Part shown: positions 1 to 9,328 of the stretch, one piece after another | How positions within the stretch are numbered: position 1 is the first letter of the stretch | How the letters are laid out: the number at the start of each line of letters is the position of its first letter | Assembly: GCA_965223795.1 (NCBI GenBank) | Contig: CBDCXL010000002.1 | Location: forward strand, 2,848,001-2,912,000 | Direction of reading: 5' to 3' | DNA: 64,000 nucleotides | Origin: Nitrospinales bacterium | GTDB lineage: Bacteria > Nitrospinota > Nitrospinia > Nitrospinales > VA-1 | The notes under the pieces: generated by a model | Databases searched by the model: none | What the model was told of the DNA's origin: nothing | What the model saw: only the letters and a program-made list of their open reading frames with translations | Made by a program: the position numbers and the translations under genes

Positions 1-178
1 CGGGGAACTCGCGCTGCAAAACCTCCAGGCTGTCGTCCGCGCTGCAGTCGTCGATCACCATCACCTCGTAGTTGCGGGCGCGGTCGTGCGCCACCGCCGC
101 GAGGACGGAAGGCAGGCATTCTTTCAACAGTTCGCGTCCGTTCCAGTTGGTGATGATGAGGGTGATGTCCGGTCTCAT
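1..178 (-). CDS. Glycosyltransferase family 2, N-terminal part (runs off the window start)
   Basis: Hand translation from ATG at 178: MRPDITLIITNWNGRELLKECLPSVLAAVAHDRARNYEVMVIDDCSADDS, a typical GT2 N-terminus (NWNG...DD.S.D). ATGA overlap with the upstream gene stop. Confidence 0.85.
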   Translation of the reverse strand, partial: MRPDITLIITNWNGRELLKECLPSVLAAVAHDRARNYEVMVIDDCSADDSLEVLQREFP

Positions 179-1245
179 AACCCGGTCAGCATGCGGTCGA
201 TGGTGTCCACCACCTCCACGTCGCCGTCCAGGCGCACCTTGCCTTTCATGGGGATCGCTTTGGCGGTGTCGATTTCCTCGCGCCAGTCGCAGCCGTAAAA
301 TTTGTCGGAATCGAAGATCAGCCCGACGCGGTTGTCGTACAGGAACCGCTTCATCACTTCGAATTCGTAAAAATGCTTGCGCGAGCAGGAGAGCACGGGC
401 TTATCGTGCGCGAACGCCGAAGCCAGGGTGGAGTAGCCCGCCTTGGTGAGGACGATGTCGGATGAGGCGATCAGGTCCTGGTATAAAAAGCGGTCGGTGA
501 GCACGTGCAGGTTGGGGATGTTTCTGGGCAGCGGATCGCGGGTGAGGAACACGCAGTCGTCGAGTTTTTTCAGGTTTTTCCAGTCCAGATTCTGTGCGCC
601 GCTGTCCCCGAGATAAATAAAGACGAGCGTCTTATGCTTGAGCGAGGTGGAAAAGGCTTCCTCAAGCTCGTGCCGGCGGTCCTTGCCCTTGCGGGATATG
701 AAACCGACCTCCTGCCGGTTTTCGATCAGCGGCGTGTCGATGTGGCATTGCGGCAGGATCTGAATCGTCGCCTGCGCGTATTCCTCACGCAGCGCCTTGA
801 TGAGCGGTTTCCACTTTTCCGCCTGCGGCAGGCGCGAGTGGATGTCGTACCAGGTGAAATTGGCGATCAACAGCGTGGGAATGCCCAGCGCGCGCCCGGC
901 TTTCAACGGGGCGCTGGCGATGTCGGTGACGATCAGGTCGATGCGGTTGTCCTCAAGCCAGCGCGATTCGGCGTCGATCCTCTGATCCGAGCATTTGAAA
1001 AACCGTTCCAGCGCCTGGAAGGTTTGCGCCACGTCGATGCGGATGAAATCCTGCTGGATGCAGCCCACATCGATCGGTTCGGCGACGTGCTCGTAGCCCC
1101 CCTTCAGGTAGATGTCGAAGTATTCGGAGGGGATTTCGGACTTGATGCAGACGCGGTACCGGGCGAGCAGTTTTTCGAGGATCACCGTGGAGCGGGCCGC
1201 GTGCCCGTATCCGTGCGCACTTATATAATAAGCGATGCGTTTGAT
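175..1245 (-). CDS. GT-B fold glycosyltransferase-like protein (GT28 / arabinokinase N-terminal-like); probable non-canonical ATC start at 1245
   Basis: ORF 175..1185 extends in frame to IKRIAYYISAHGYGHAARS. Other motifs: DLIVTDI, ANFTWYDI, TKAGYST. Confidence 0.7.
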   Translation of the reverse strand: MKRIAYYISAHGYGHAARSTVILEKLLARYRVCIKSEIPSEYFDIYLKGGYEHVAEPIDVGCIQQDFIRIDVAQTFQALERFFKCSDQRIDAESRWLEDNRIDLIVTDIASAPLKAGRALGIPTLLIANFTWYDIHSRLPQAEKWKPLIKALREEYAQATIQILPQCHIDTPLIENRQEVGFISRKGKDRRHELEEAFSTSLKHKTLVFIYLGDSGAQNLDWKNLKKLDDCVFLTRDPLPRNIPNLHVLTDRFLYQDLIASSDIVLTKAGYSTLASAFAHDKPVLSCSRKHFYEFEVMKRFLYDNRVGLIFDSDKFYGCDWREEIDTAKAIPMKGKVRLDGDVEVVDTIDRMLTGL

Positions 1246-1302
1246 GGTGTTTCCTGATGAAGGGATCCGAGGCGGGACGGGGACGTCCGGGGAGCCTCAG
1301 GA

Positions 1303-1950
1303 TTATTTGGATTCCGGTTTGACGGCTTTGTACTCGAACTGACACATCTGTCCCAGTTTGCGGAACAGGTTGGTGAGCTTCAGGTTCACGTAGTCCTGGC
1401 GCGCATTCCAGGGAATCTGGTCGAACATGCAGGCGGTCTCGATGTAGTCGGTGCGGCCGAAGCGGATGAAGAACTCAGCGAACCAGCATTTTTTCATTTT
1501 GTAGTGCCACTGCTTCTCGTCGACTTTTTTGTGCTCCAGCAGAAAATTCCGCCAGGTGTAGTGCTCATCGACGATCGGCTGCTGGTTCTCCACGAACGCC
1601 TTGAACGGATTGTCCGACGCACGCTCCGCCTCCACCATCTTGTCCCGTTCCGGTTTCTGCCAGGCCGTGAGTGCCGCGATGATGTGCTCGCGCGCCTTGT
1701 CCACGCGGATGTTGTAATCGTCCAGCAGGTTGTGGCAGGCGTACATGAAGATCCCGACGGTGGTCAGGTACTGCTCCTCGGGGGAAAGCGTGTCGCCGTT
1801 TTCGTATTTCCACAGCTCGACGAAGCGGGTGCGGAACAGGTTTTTGTCGATGTCCGCGTCCGCGACCTGCAAATGTTCGAGGATGGGCTCGAATCGCGCT
1901 AAGATTTCAGAGTCCTGGGCGGTTTCGGTGGTTTCGGTCTTTTCGTTCAT
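1303..1950 (-). CDS. L-2-amino-thiazoline-4-carboxylic acid hydrolase-like protein
   Basis: 215 aa with the C-terminal Cys pattern KKCWFAEFF...ACMFD...CQFEY typical of this family. Confidence 0.55.
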   Translation of the reverse strand: MNEKTETTETAQDSEILARFEPILEHLQVADADIDKNLFRTRFVELWKYENGDTLSPEEQYLTTVGIFMYACHNLLDDYNIRVDKAREHIIAALTAWQKPERDKMVEAERASDNPFKAFVENQQPIVDEHYTWRNFLLEHKKVDEKQWHYKMKKCWFAEFFIRFGRTDYIETACMFDQIPWNARQDYVNLKLTNLFRKLGQMCQFEYKAVKPESK

Positions 1951-2217
1951 GGTCGGGATGCGTGTTTGGAAGAAGCGGCGTAACGTGTTTAAAAAGTTTT
2001 ATTTCAAAGATTTTATTTTTTAAAATAGCATATCCCCAATTTGCGGATCAAGCACAATAGCGGCGCGCCGGGCTTCGGAAACTCCCCGCATGTCCTTGAA
2101 AATAGGGCCTGATTGGGTGCTTTCGAATCCATTTCGAGCAAAATCGATCTTATTCACTCCGGGACACAGCAGGAATCACGCGCAGCGAAACCCGCGCACG
2201 ATGAGAATATCCGAGCG

Positions 2218-3330
2218 ATGAAGCAGAATCCATACGATGTGGTGGTGATCGGGGCCGGTGTGATCGGCCACAGCACGGCGTTCCGGCTCAAGCGGAGCCA
2301 GCCCAAGCTGACGGTCGCGGTGCTGGGCGATCCGGTGAACTCGCTCATGGCCTCCAGGGCGGCGGCCGGGATGCTGGCCCCGTTCGGTGAATGCGACCGG
2401 GCGGACCGGTTTTTCGACTTCTGCCGCGCATCGCTGGATAAATTCCCCGCCTTCATCGAGGAGCTGTGTTCGGTGAGCGGAACCGCCGTGCACCTTTCGA
2501 TGAAAGGTTCGCTCATGCCTTCCTTCATGTTCGAGGGGGTCTGGGAGGAACGGAAACGGTTTTTCAGGGAGCAGGGCATTCCGCACGAGGTGTGGGGGCC
2601 CGAAACCGTGCGGGCGCGGGCGCCGCACCTTTCGGAACAATGCGGCGAGGTGCTGTGGGTGGGCGAAGGCCAGGTGAACAACCGGCAGATGCACGACGCC
2701 TTGGCCCAGGCTGCGGTACGGATGGGCATCGAAGTGCTCGCAAGCCCGGTGACCGGCTTCCAAAAAAACGGCTCCAGCCTGGAGAGCGTGTGCACCGATG
2801 CGGGAGAGGTTGCGGGGCGGGAATTTCTGCTGGCGTCCGGCAGCTGGTCCAAAGAACTGGGCGACATCCTCGGGGTGTCGATGCCGGTCAAGCCCATCAA
2901 AGGGCAGATGTGCCGGGTGAAGGCCGAAGAGGACCGGCTGGAATACACGGTGCACGGTCTTTTGACCTACATCGCGCCCTGGCGCGAGGGACACGGGTTC
3001 GTGCTGGGCTCGACGATGGAGGACCGCGGATTCGACCCCGCTGTGGAGGCGGACGTGATCCAGAGACTGATCGACAACGCGGCGGCGATCCTGCCCTGTC
3101 TCAAGGACGCGCCGCTGATCGAGTCCTGGACAGGGCTCCGGCCCGCCGCCGAAGACCTGATGCCGGTGATGGGGAAGAGCGCGCGCTATTCGAATCTGTA
3201 TTACTCGACCGGGCATTTCAGAAACGGAATTCTGCAGACCCCCAATCAGGCGGACTACATGGCCGGGATCATTCTCGGCAGCCTGAAAGAGGAGATCCCC
3301 GAGTTTTCTCCGGGACGCTTTGACCTTTGA
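2218..3330 (+). CDS. thiO: Glycine oxidase ThiO (FAD-dependent)
   Basis: DVVVIGAGVIG FAD motif, ASRAAAGMLAP, PIKGQM, WTGLRP, GHFRNGIL; likely start ATG 2218. Confidence 0.85.
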   Translation: MKQNPYDVVVIGAGVIGHSTAFRLKRSQPKLTVAVLGDPVNSLMASRAAAGMLAPFGECDRADRFFDFCRASLDKFPAFIEELCSVSGTAVHLSMKGSLMPSFMFEGVWEERKRFFREQGIPHEVWGPETVRARAPHLSEQCGEVLWVGEGQVNNRQMHDALAQAAVRMGIEVLASPVTGFQKNGSSLESVCTDAGEVAGREFLLASGSWSKELGDILGVSMPVKPIKGQMCRVKAEEDRLEYTVHGLLTYIAPWREGHGFVLGSTMEDRGFDPAVEADVIQRLIDNAAAILPCLKDAPLIESWTGLRPAAEDLMPVMGKSARYSNLYYSTGHFRNGILQTPNQADYMAGIILGSLKEEIPEFSPGRFDL

Positions 3331-3352
3331 CGGAAATGGAAACGCGGCGGCG

Positions 3353-4714
3353 ATGACGATGGCCTTGAAAACGGATACGGACCTGGTGCGGGATTTCCAC
3401 ACGGTGTGGCATCCCTGCACACAGATGAAGGACCATGAAACCACGCCGCCGCTGCTCATCGAGCGCGCGGAAGGGGTGTATCTGTACGACCGGGACGGCA
3501 AGGCCTACCTCGATGTGATCGCCTCCTGGTGGGTGAACCTGTTCGGCCACAACCACCCGCGCCTCAACGCCGCGATCGAGACCCAGCTCAAAAAGGTGGC
3601 GCACGTGATGTTCGCGGGCCTGACGCACAAGCCCGCGATCGATCTTGCGGCGCGGCTGGTGGAGCTTTCGCCGCCCAACCTGGGCAAGGTGTTCTTCTCG
3701 GACAACGGCTCCACCGCCGTCGAGGTGGCGCTCAAGATGAGCCTGCAGTACTGGCTGCAGACCGGGCAGCCTGAGCGCAAGCGTTTCGTGTATCTCAAGG
3801 GCGGATATCACGGCGAAACGCTGGGCGCGCTCTCGGTGTGCGGGCTCAACCTGTTCCGGGAAAAATTCGAGGCGGTGCTCACGCAGCACATCGAGGTGGA
3901 AGGGCCGGACTGCTTCCGTTGCCCGTACGGGCTCAAGCCGGAAAGCTGCGACGCGGAATGCTTCGAGCCGATGGAAAAAACGCTTGCGGAAAAGCACCGC
4001 TCCATCGCCGCGGTGATCGTCGAACCGCTGGTTCAGGGCGCGGCGGGGATGAAGATGTATCCGCCGCGTTATCTTAAAAAGCTCACCGCCGCCTGCGACG
4101 CCTACGGCGTGCACAGCATTTTCGATGAGATCGCCGTCGGCTTCGGGCGTACGGGCGGGCTGTTCGTGTGCGGAGAGCTGGATCTCAAGCCGACGTTTCT
4201 CTGCCTTTCAAAAGGGATCACCTCCGGCTACCTGCCGCTGGCGGCGACGCTCACGGAAGATGAAATCCACGCGGCGTTTTTCGACGATTTCAAGACGATG
4301 AAGCTGTTCATCCACAGTCACAGCTATTCCGCCAACCCCCTGGCTTCGGCCTGTGCCAACGAAACACTGGCGCTGCTGACGGAAGACGGTTTCTGGCCGG
4401 GCCTTGAGCCCAGGATCCGGGCGCTTGCCGAATGCGGCCGCGTGTTCGAGGGGATGCCGCATGTGGGTGAATTCCGGCAGACCGGAATGATCGCGGCGGT
4501 GGAGCTGGTGCGCGATAAAGCCACCAAAAAACCGTTCGCCTTTGAAGAGCGCGTGGGGTATCGAATCTATCTGGAAGGGCTCAAGCGCGGCGTGTTCATG
4601 CGTCCTTTGGGAAACGTGATCTATTTCATTCCGCCGCTCACGATTACGGTTGAACAAATCCGGTTCATGATCGATACTGCCCGCGACTGCATCCGCGCCG
4701 TGCTGGAGAGGTGA
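3353..4714 (+). CDS. bioA: Adenosylmethionine-8-amino-7-oxononanoate aminotransferase
   Basis: WHPCTQM, SWWVNLFGH, DNGSTAVEVALKM, YHGET, FDEIAVGFGRTG, SKGITSGYLP. Confidence 0.93.
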   Translation: MTMALKTDTDLVRDFHTVWHPCTQMKDHETTPPLLIERAEGVYLYDRDGKAYLDVIASWWVNLFGHNHPRLNAAIETQLKKVAHVMFAGLTHKPAIDLAARLVELSPPNLGKVFFSDNGSTAVEVALKMSLQYWLQTGQPERKRFVYLKGGYHGETLGALSVCGLNLFREKFEAVLTQHIEVEGPDCFRCPYGLKPESCDAECFEPMEKTLAEKHRSIAAVIVEPLVQGAAGMKMYPPRYLKKLTAACDAYGVHSIFDEIAVGFGRTGGLFVCGELDLKPTFLCLSKGITSGYLPLAATLTEDEIHAAFFDDFKTMKLFIHSHSYSANPLASACANETLALLTEDGFWPGLEPRIRALAECGRVFEGMPHVGEFRQTGMIAAVELVRDKATKKPFAFEERVGYRIYLEGLKRGVFMRPLGNVIYFIPPLTITVEQIRFMIDTARDCIRAVLER

Positions 4715-4717
4715 CCC

Positions 4718-5086
4718 ATGTATGAAGTGAAGGTGAACACGAAATTTTCCGCGGCCCACCAGCTCCGCGGCTACGACGGCAAGTACGAAAACCTGCACGG
4801 CCACAACTGGGGCGCGACGGTGATCGTGGAAGCCGAATCGCTCGATTCCATCGGCGTCGGCATCGATTTCATCGTGCTCAAGGAAAAGGTGGAAACGATT
4901 CTCGCCAAACTGGATTACAAGAACATCAATGAAATCGCCCCGTTCGACACGCAGAACCCGTCTGCGGAAAACATCGCGCGCTGGGTGTTTGAGCAGTTGA
5001 GCGCCGACATCAATTCCGATCACCGGCGCGTCAAGCGGGTGGAGATCCGCGAGATGGACGAATGCGGCGCGGCCTACTACGAGTGA
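4718..5086 (+). CDS. queD: 6-carboxytetrahydropterin synthase
   Basis: FSAAHQL, LHGHNW, NPSAENIA motifs. Confidence 0.88.
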   Translation: MYEVKVNTKFSAAHQLRGYDGKYENLHGHNWGATVIVEAESLDSIGVGIDFIVLKEKVETILAKLDYKNINEIAPFDTQNPSAENIARWVFEQLSADINSDHRRVKRVEIREMDECGAAYYE

Positions 5087-5141
5087 TCCCCGCGCTTCGA
5101 TGCGCCGCGCATCCTTCCTTACATATCACTCACACAGCCGT

Positions 5142-6236
5142 TCAGTTCAAGGGAAAGGTCATGACGATGCCGCCCATGACGTCGTTGAGCTTGAAGTCCC
5201 GTTTCGGGCTTTTGGGATGCTTGTTGTGGCAGCTCACGCAGGCCTGGGTGATGGCGAAATCCGGATACACCGCCTGAAAGTAGGTCTTGCCGCCCACCGT
5301 GCGGTGGTCGTGGAACGGGCGCGTGGGATGGCGGATGACGTATTTCAGTCCATTGCGCTCGAATTCATTGGCCGGGCCGTTGTGCTTGTTGATGGGCCAG
5401 GAGCTGATGAGCTTGAAATCCAGGTCGATGTCCTTGTTGAGAATGAGGTCGGACGCGTTGAGCAGAAACTGCGCCGGCAGAAGCAGCGCGTTGTCCTCCC
5501 ACCAGTTTTCCGAGGCGAAGACGATGTTTTTTTCCTGCAGGCGGTTGACGATGACTTCCGAATAGACCTTGCGGTCCGAATCCAGAACCGAATGGATGTA
5601 GTTCGCCACCACTTCCGGAGGGATGAGGATCTCCGATTCATCCTGGATGTCTTTGGTGTTCTCAACCGGCATGGTGATCACAATGCCGCCCATGACGTCG
5701 TTGAGCTTGAAATCCTTTTTGGAGCTTTGCGGGTGGTTGTTGTGGCATTTGACACAGGCCTTGGTGACCGCCTTGTCCGGATAAAGAGCCTTGAAGAACG
5801 GCTTGCCCTGGATGACGACCGTCTTTGCGTAGGGCTCATCGGGGGTTTTCGCCACTTCCTCAAGCCCCTTTTTTTCAAACTGGGTGTGGGGGCCGTTTTC
5901 GGGATTGATCGGCCAGAGACTCAACAGCCGGTAGTTCATCCCCACTTCGCGGGCGTTGGAGGTCTGCGAAGACAATAGAAGAAACTGGGCGGGCAGCGGC
6001 AGGGTGTTTTCTTTATCCCAGTGCTCGGTGGCTTTCAGGTCGATGGTCACGCCCATGCGCTCGACGATGACTTCGGAGTAGATGGTCCTTCCCGCCTCGA
6101 TGACGGAATGGATGTAATCCGCGGCCACCCGCGCGGGGATGCCGTTTTTTTCCTCAGAGGCGAAAAGCGTGTGCGGCAGGCAGGTCAGGGTGAACAGCGT
6201 GAACAGCCAGGCCGAGATCCAAGATCGTGTGCGCAT
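5142..6236 (-). CDS. Exported diheme c-type cytochrome with tandem DUF3365 (Tll0287-like) domains
   Basis: Signal peptide from ATG 6236; two duplicated domains, each with LPAQFL and CxxCH (CVKCH, CVSCH) followed by DFKLNDVMGGIV. Confidence 0.8.
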   Translation of the reverse strand: MRTRSWISAWLFTLFTLTCLPHTLFASEEKNGIPARVAADYIHSVIEAGRTIYSEVIVERMGVTIDLKATEHWDKENTLPLPAQFLLLSSQTSNAREVGMNYRLLSLWPINPENGPHTQFEKKGLEEVAKTPDEPYAKTVVIQGKPFFKALYPDKAVTKACVKCHNNHPQSSKKDFKLNDVMGGIVITMPVENTKDIQDESEILIPPEVVANYIHSVLDSDRKVYSEVIVNRLQEKNIVFASENWWEDNALLLPAQFLLNASDLILNKDIDLDFKLISSWPINKHNGPANEFERNGLKYVIRHPTRPFHDHRTVGGKTYFQAVYPDFAITQACVSCHNKHPKSPKRDFKLNDVMGGIVMTFPLN

Positions 6237-6365
6237 GGTTTTTCCAGATCGATGTTTGTCTTGAGAGCTTCGGGCCGCAAACGCGGACGGAGCCGCTTTG
6301 AGTGAACGGGGGCCTCCCTGCCGGTTGGCCCCATCAATATTTATCATGAATTGCCGGTGTGCGGC

Positions 6366-6506
6366 TCACTCAATGTGCTTGCGAGTGAAAAAGAAGATGG
6401 CGATGCCGATCACGGCGATGCCCGCCACGATCATCATGGCGGTCATGTCGCCGCCGAAATCCAGCCATTCCATGGCTCTTTCCGGTTTCGTATCCAGTTG
6501 GTTCAC
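6366..6506 (-). CDS. Small single-pass membrane protein (46 aa), not in the ORF track
   Basis: AGGGAGG SD then GTG; MNQLDTKPERAMEWLDFGGDMTAMMIVAGIAVIGIAIFFFTRKHIE (alternative ATG 6473); hydrophobic helix followed by RK. Confidence 0.65.
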   Translation of the reverse strand: MNQLDTKPERAMEWLDFGGDMTAMMIVAGIAVIGIAIFFFTRKHIE

Positions 6507-6835
6507 GGTCTCGGTCCTCCCTTTGACTAAAATGAATGAATGATTTCAATGGCATTTCTGTCAAACTGTCATTGAGGCGGACTATCCTGACAATTTCGTA
6601 CCCGGTCCGGGTTTTGTCAATAGACAATGGCCGGATTTGGCCGCGGAACCGCAGGCCGGCCTTCGCAGCGCTCCGGGGCAAAAGCCGCCCGGTGTTGCGG
6701 AAAGGCATGATTTTATTTTGCTAGGCCATTCTTTGCGGTTGGCTATAATAGGCGGGGCGCAGCGCCGGCCGCGCTTTTCTGCCGCCCGCACCGGGTGGCG
6801 CGGCGAGCGATTTTAACTTTCTCGATTCGGGTTGG

Positions 6836-8875
6836 ATGGACCACATCATCAAAGACCTGGCGATCCTGCTGCTGGTTTCGCTGCCGATCAACATCCTGTT
6901 CCACAAAATCCGCCTGCCTTCGATCATGGGCTTTCTGGTCGCGGGGGTGATCATCGGTCCCAGCGGGCTGCAGCTGATCGACGCCGTCGAGTCGGTGGAA
7001 AAGCTGGCGGAAATCGGGGTGATCCTGCTCCTGTTCGTGATCGGGCTGGAGTTTTCCCTGCGCTACCTGCTCAAGAATCTGACCGTGGTGCTGGGGGTGG
7101 GGATGCTGCAGCTGGGGTTGACGGGCGCGATTTTCTTCTTCGTGTTCGATGCGCTTGAATACCCTCTGAACCAGAGCGTGCTGATGGCGCTTCTCATTCC
7201 ATTGAGCAGCACGGCGGTGGTGCTCAAGATGATCACCGACCGCGCCGAGATCGACACCCTGCACGGCCGCATCTGCATCGGCACGCTCCTGTTCCAGGAT
7301 CTGTGCGTGGTGCCGATGATGCTCGTCATTCCGCTGCTGGCGCAGTCGGGAGAGCTGTCGCCGGTGGATTTCGGCATCGCGCTGACCAAATCGATCGCCG
7401 CGGTCGCCGTCATCTTTTTTCTCGCGCGCCTCCTGGTTCCGCGTTCGCTGGAAGGGATCGCGCGCATGGGCAACAAGGAGCACCTGACGCTGTTCGTCAT
7501 TTTCATCATCCTGGGCACCGGCTGGGTTTCCGAGAGCATGGGGCTGACGCTGGCGATGGGGGCGTTCATCGCGGGGATGATCATCTCCGAATCCGAATAC
7601 AGCCACCAGATCGTGCTCGACATCCTGCCGCTCAAGGATTATTTCGTCAGCATCTTTTTCATCTCGGTGGGAATGCTGCTGAAGGTCGACGTGTTTTTCG
7701 CGTCGGCGGGCACGTTTTTCATCTGGGCGCTGGCGGCGGTCGGCATCAAGATGGCGGTGGCGTTCCTCGCGGCGCTCATCTTCAGCCGCTCCTTCCGCAA
7801 CGCCTTCATCGTCGGCGTGCGCCTGGCGCAGGTGGGGGAATTCTCCCTGCTGCTCGCGGCGCTGGCTTTAAAAAAGGGACTGTTCCCGCCGGATCAGTAC
7901 CAGTCGTTTCTCATCGTGTCCATCCTCACGCTGCTGGCGGCGCCGCTGCTCATCCAGGTTTCGGCCGGAGCGGCGATGGCGCTGCAGTCCCTGTTCGGCG
8001 GGAAACCCGACGCGGAGGTGGATGCCGCCCAGGCGGAAACGACACCGTTTTCCGATCACGTCATCATCTGCGGTTTCAGCCTGGTCGGCCGCAATCTGTC
8101 GCGGGTGCTCAAGGAAACCAACACACCGTTCGTGGTGGTCGATCTCGACGGGGAAATCATCCGCCAGGCGCTGCAGCAGGACATCAAGGCGCAGTTCGGC
8201 GACTACACCCACCGCGAGACGCTGATCCGGGCGGGCATTCGAACGGCGCGGATGATCGTGTTCACCATCCCCGATACTCGTGCGGCGGAGCAGGCGGTGC
8301 GCCTGTCGCGCAGCCTCAATCCGGATGTCTACATTCTGGTGCGGGTTCCCTACGCGTCGCAGGTTGAGGAAATGAATGCCGCCGGGGCGGACCAGGTGAT
8401 CCCGGAGGAATTCGAGACGTCGGTGGAGATTTTTTCCCGCGTTCTCCGGGAGTACCACATTCCCAACAACGTGATCGAGCAGCAGGTGGAGCTGGCGCGG
8501 CTGGAAGGGTACAGCATGTTCCGCGGCCTGTCGCTCAACATGGAAAGCCTGCAGAAGTTTTCCACCTACCTCACGGCGAGCCTCACCGAATCCTTTCACG
8601 TGCAGGAGGATGCGTGGTGCAACGAAAAAACGGTCGCCGAACTGAAACTCAGCAGCGGCGCCGACGCCAAGCTGATCGCGGTGGTGCGCGGCAACGACAT
8701 CCACGCCAACCCGGAGGAGGCGATGCGCCTCACGACCGGGGACATCCTGATTTTATTCGGCAGGCACGCGCCGCTCAACCGCTCGATACGCACGCTGCGT
8801 TTGGGACACGAAGAATCCAGGGACCAGGAAGAAGAATCCAGGCGTAAAGAATCCGGAAAGGGGAGGGACGCATGA
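6836..8875 (+). CDS. KefB/KefC-like CPA2 cation:proton antiporter with TrkA-N and TrkA-C domains
   Basis: AEIGVILLLFVIGLEFS, LSSTAVVLK, GTLLFQD, LAQVGEFS; then DHVIICGFSLVGR and a C-terminal RCK-C domain. Confidence 0.9.
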   Translation: MDHIIKDLAILLLVSLPINILFHKIRLPSIMGFLVAGVIIGPSGLQLIDAVESVEKLAEIGVILLLFVIGLEFSLRYLLKNLTVVLGVGMLQLGLTGAIFFFVFDALEYPLNQSVLMALLIPLSSTAVVLKMITDRAEIDTLHGRICIGTLLFQDLCVVPMMLVIPLLAQSGELSPVDFGIALTKSIAAVAVIFFLARLLVPRSLEGIARMGNKEHLTLFVIFIILGTGWVSESMGLTLAMGAFIAGMIISESEYSHQIVLDILPLKDYFVSIFFISVGMLLKVDVFFASAGTFFIWALAAVGIKMAVAFLAALIFSRSFRNAFIVGVRLAQVGEFSLLLAALALKKGLFPPDQYQSFLIVSILTLLAAPLLIQVSAGAAMALQSLFGGKPDAEVDAAQAETTPFSDHVIICGFSLVGRNLSRVLKETNTPFVVVDLDGEIIRQALQQDIKAQFGDYTHRETLIRAGIRTARMIVFTIPDTRAAEQAVRLSRSLNPDVYILVRVPYASQVEEMNAAGADQVIPEEFETSVEIFSRVLREYHIPNNVIEQQVELARLEGYSMFRGLSLNMESLQKFSTYLTASLTESFHVQEDAWCNEKTVAELKLSSGADAKLIAVVRGNDIHANPEEAMRLTTGDILILFGRHAPLNRSIRTLRLGHEESRDQEEESRRKESGKGRDA

Positions 8876-9321
8876 AGGTGAAAGAGTTGATGACGAAAGA
8901 CGTGCTGACGGTTTCGCCCGATGACAAGGTGGACAAGGTGTTTTATCTTTTCAATTTTGAAAACATCCGCCACGTTCCCATCGTGGAGGGCGGGAAACTG
9001 GTGGGCATCCTGTCGGACCGGGATCTGAAAAAGATCCTGGGACCGTTGAAAAAATCCGTGCAAAAACAGGACGGCACGTCGATCACCATCTCAGCCAGGA
9101 AGGTACGGACAATCATGAGGCGCAATCCGGTGACGGTCGAGCCGGAGCAGCGGGCGGCGGACGCGGCGGCCATCATGGCAAAACGCAAGATCGGCGCGCT
9201 GCCCGTCGTGCACAAGAACAAGCTGGTGGGCATCCTGACCTCCACCGACATCCTCAAGGCGTTCGTCAAGCTCTGCAACCTTCTGGAGCCCTTCGGCAAG
9301 GCCGTAAAAGCGAAGAAGTGA
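8872..9321 (+). CDS. CBS domain pair protein
   Basis: MTKDVLTVSPD, IRHVPIV..GKLVGILSDRD, IGALPVV..LVGILTSTD; ATGA-coupled to the antiporter. Confidence 0.9.
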   Translation: MKVKELMTKDVLTVSPDDKVDKVFYLFNFENIRHVPIVEGGKLVGILSDRDLKKILGPLKKSVQKQDGTSITISARKVRTIMRRNPVTVEPEQRAADAAAIMAKRKIGALPVVHKNKLVGILTSTDILKAFVKLCNLLEPFGKAVKAKK

Positions 9322-9328
9322 GCGGCGG

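Noticed and set aside
3353..4714. PLP enzyme as the missing serine palmitoyltransferase or PKS release enzyme
   Set aside because: Motifs are class III aminotransferase BioA, not alpha-oxoamine synthase, and it sits in a thiO-bioA-queD cofactor operon.
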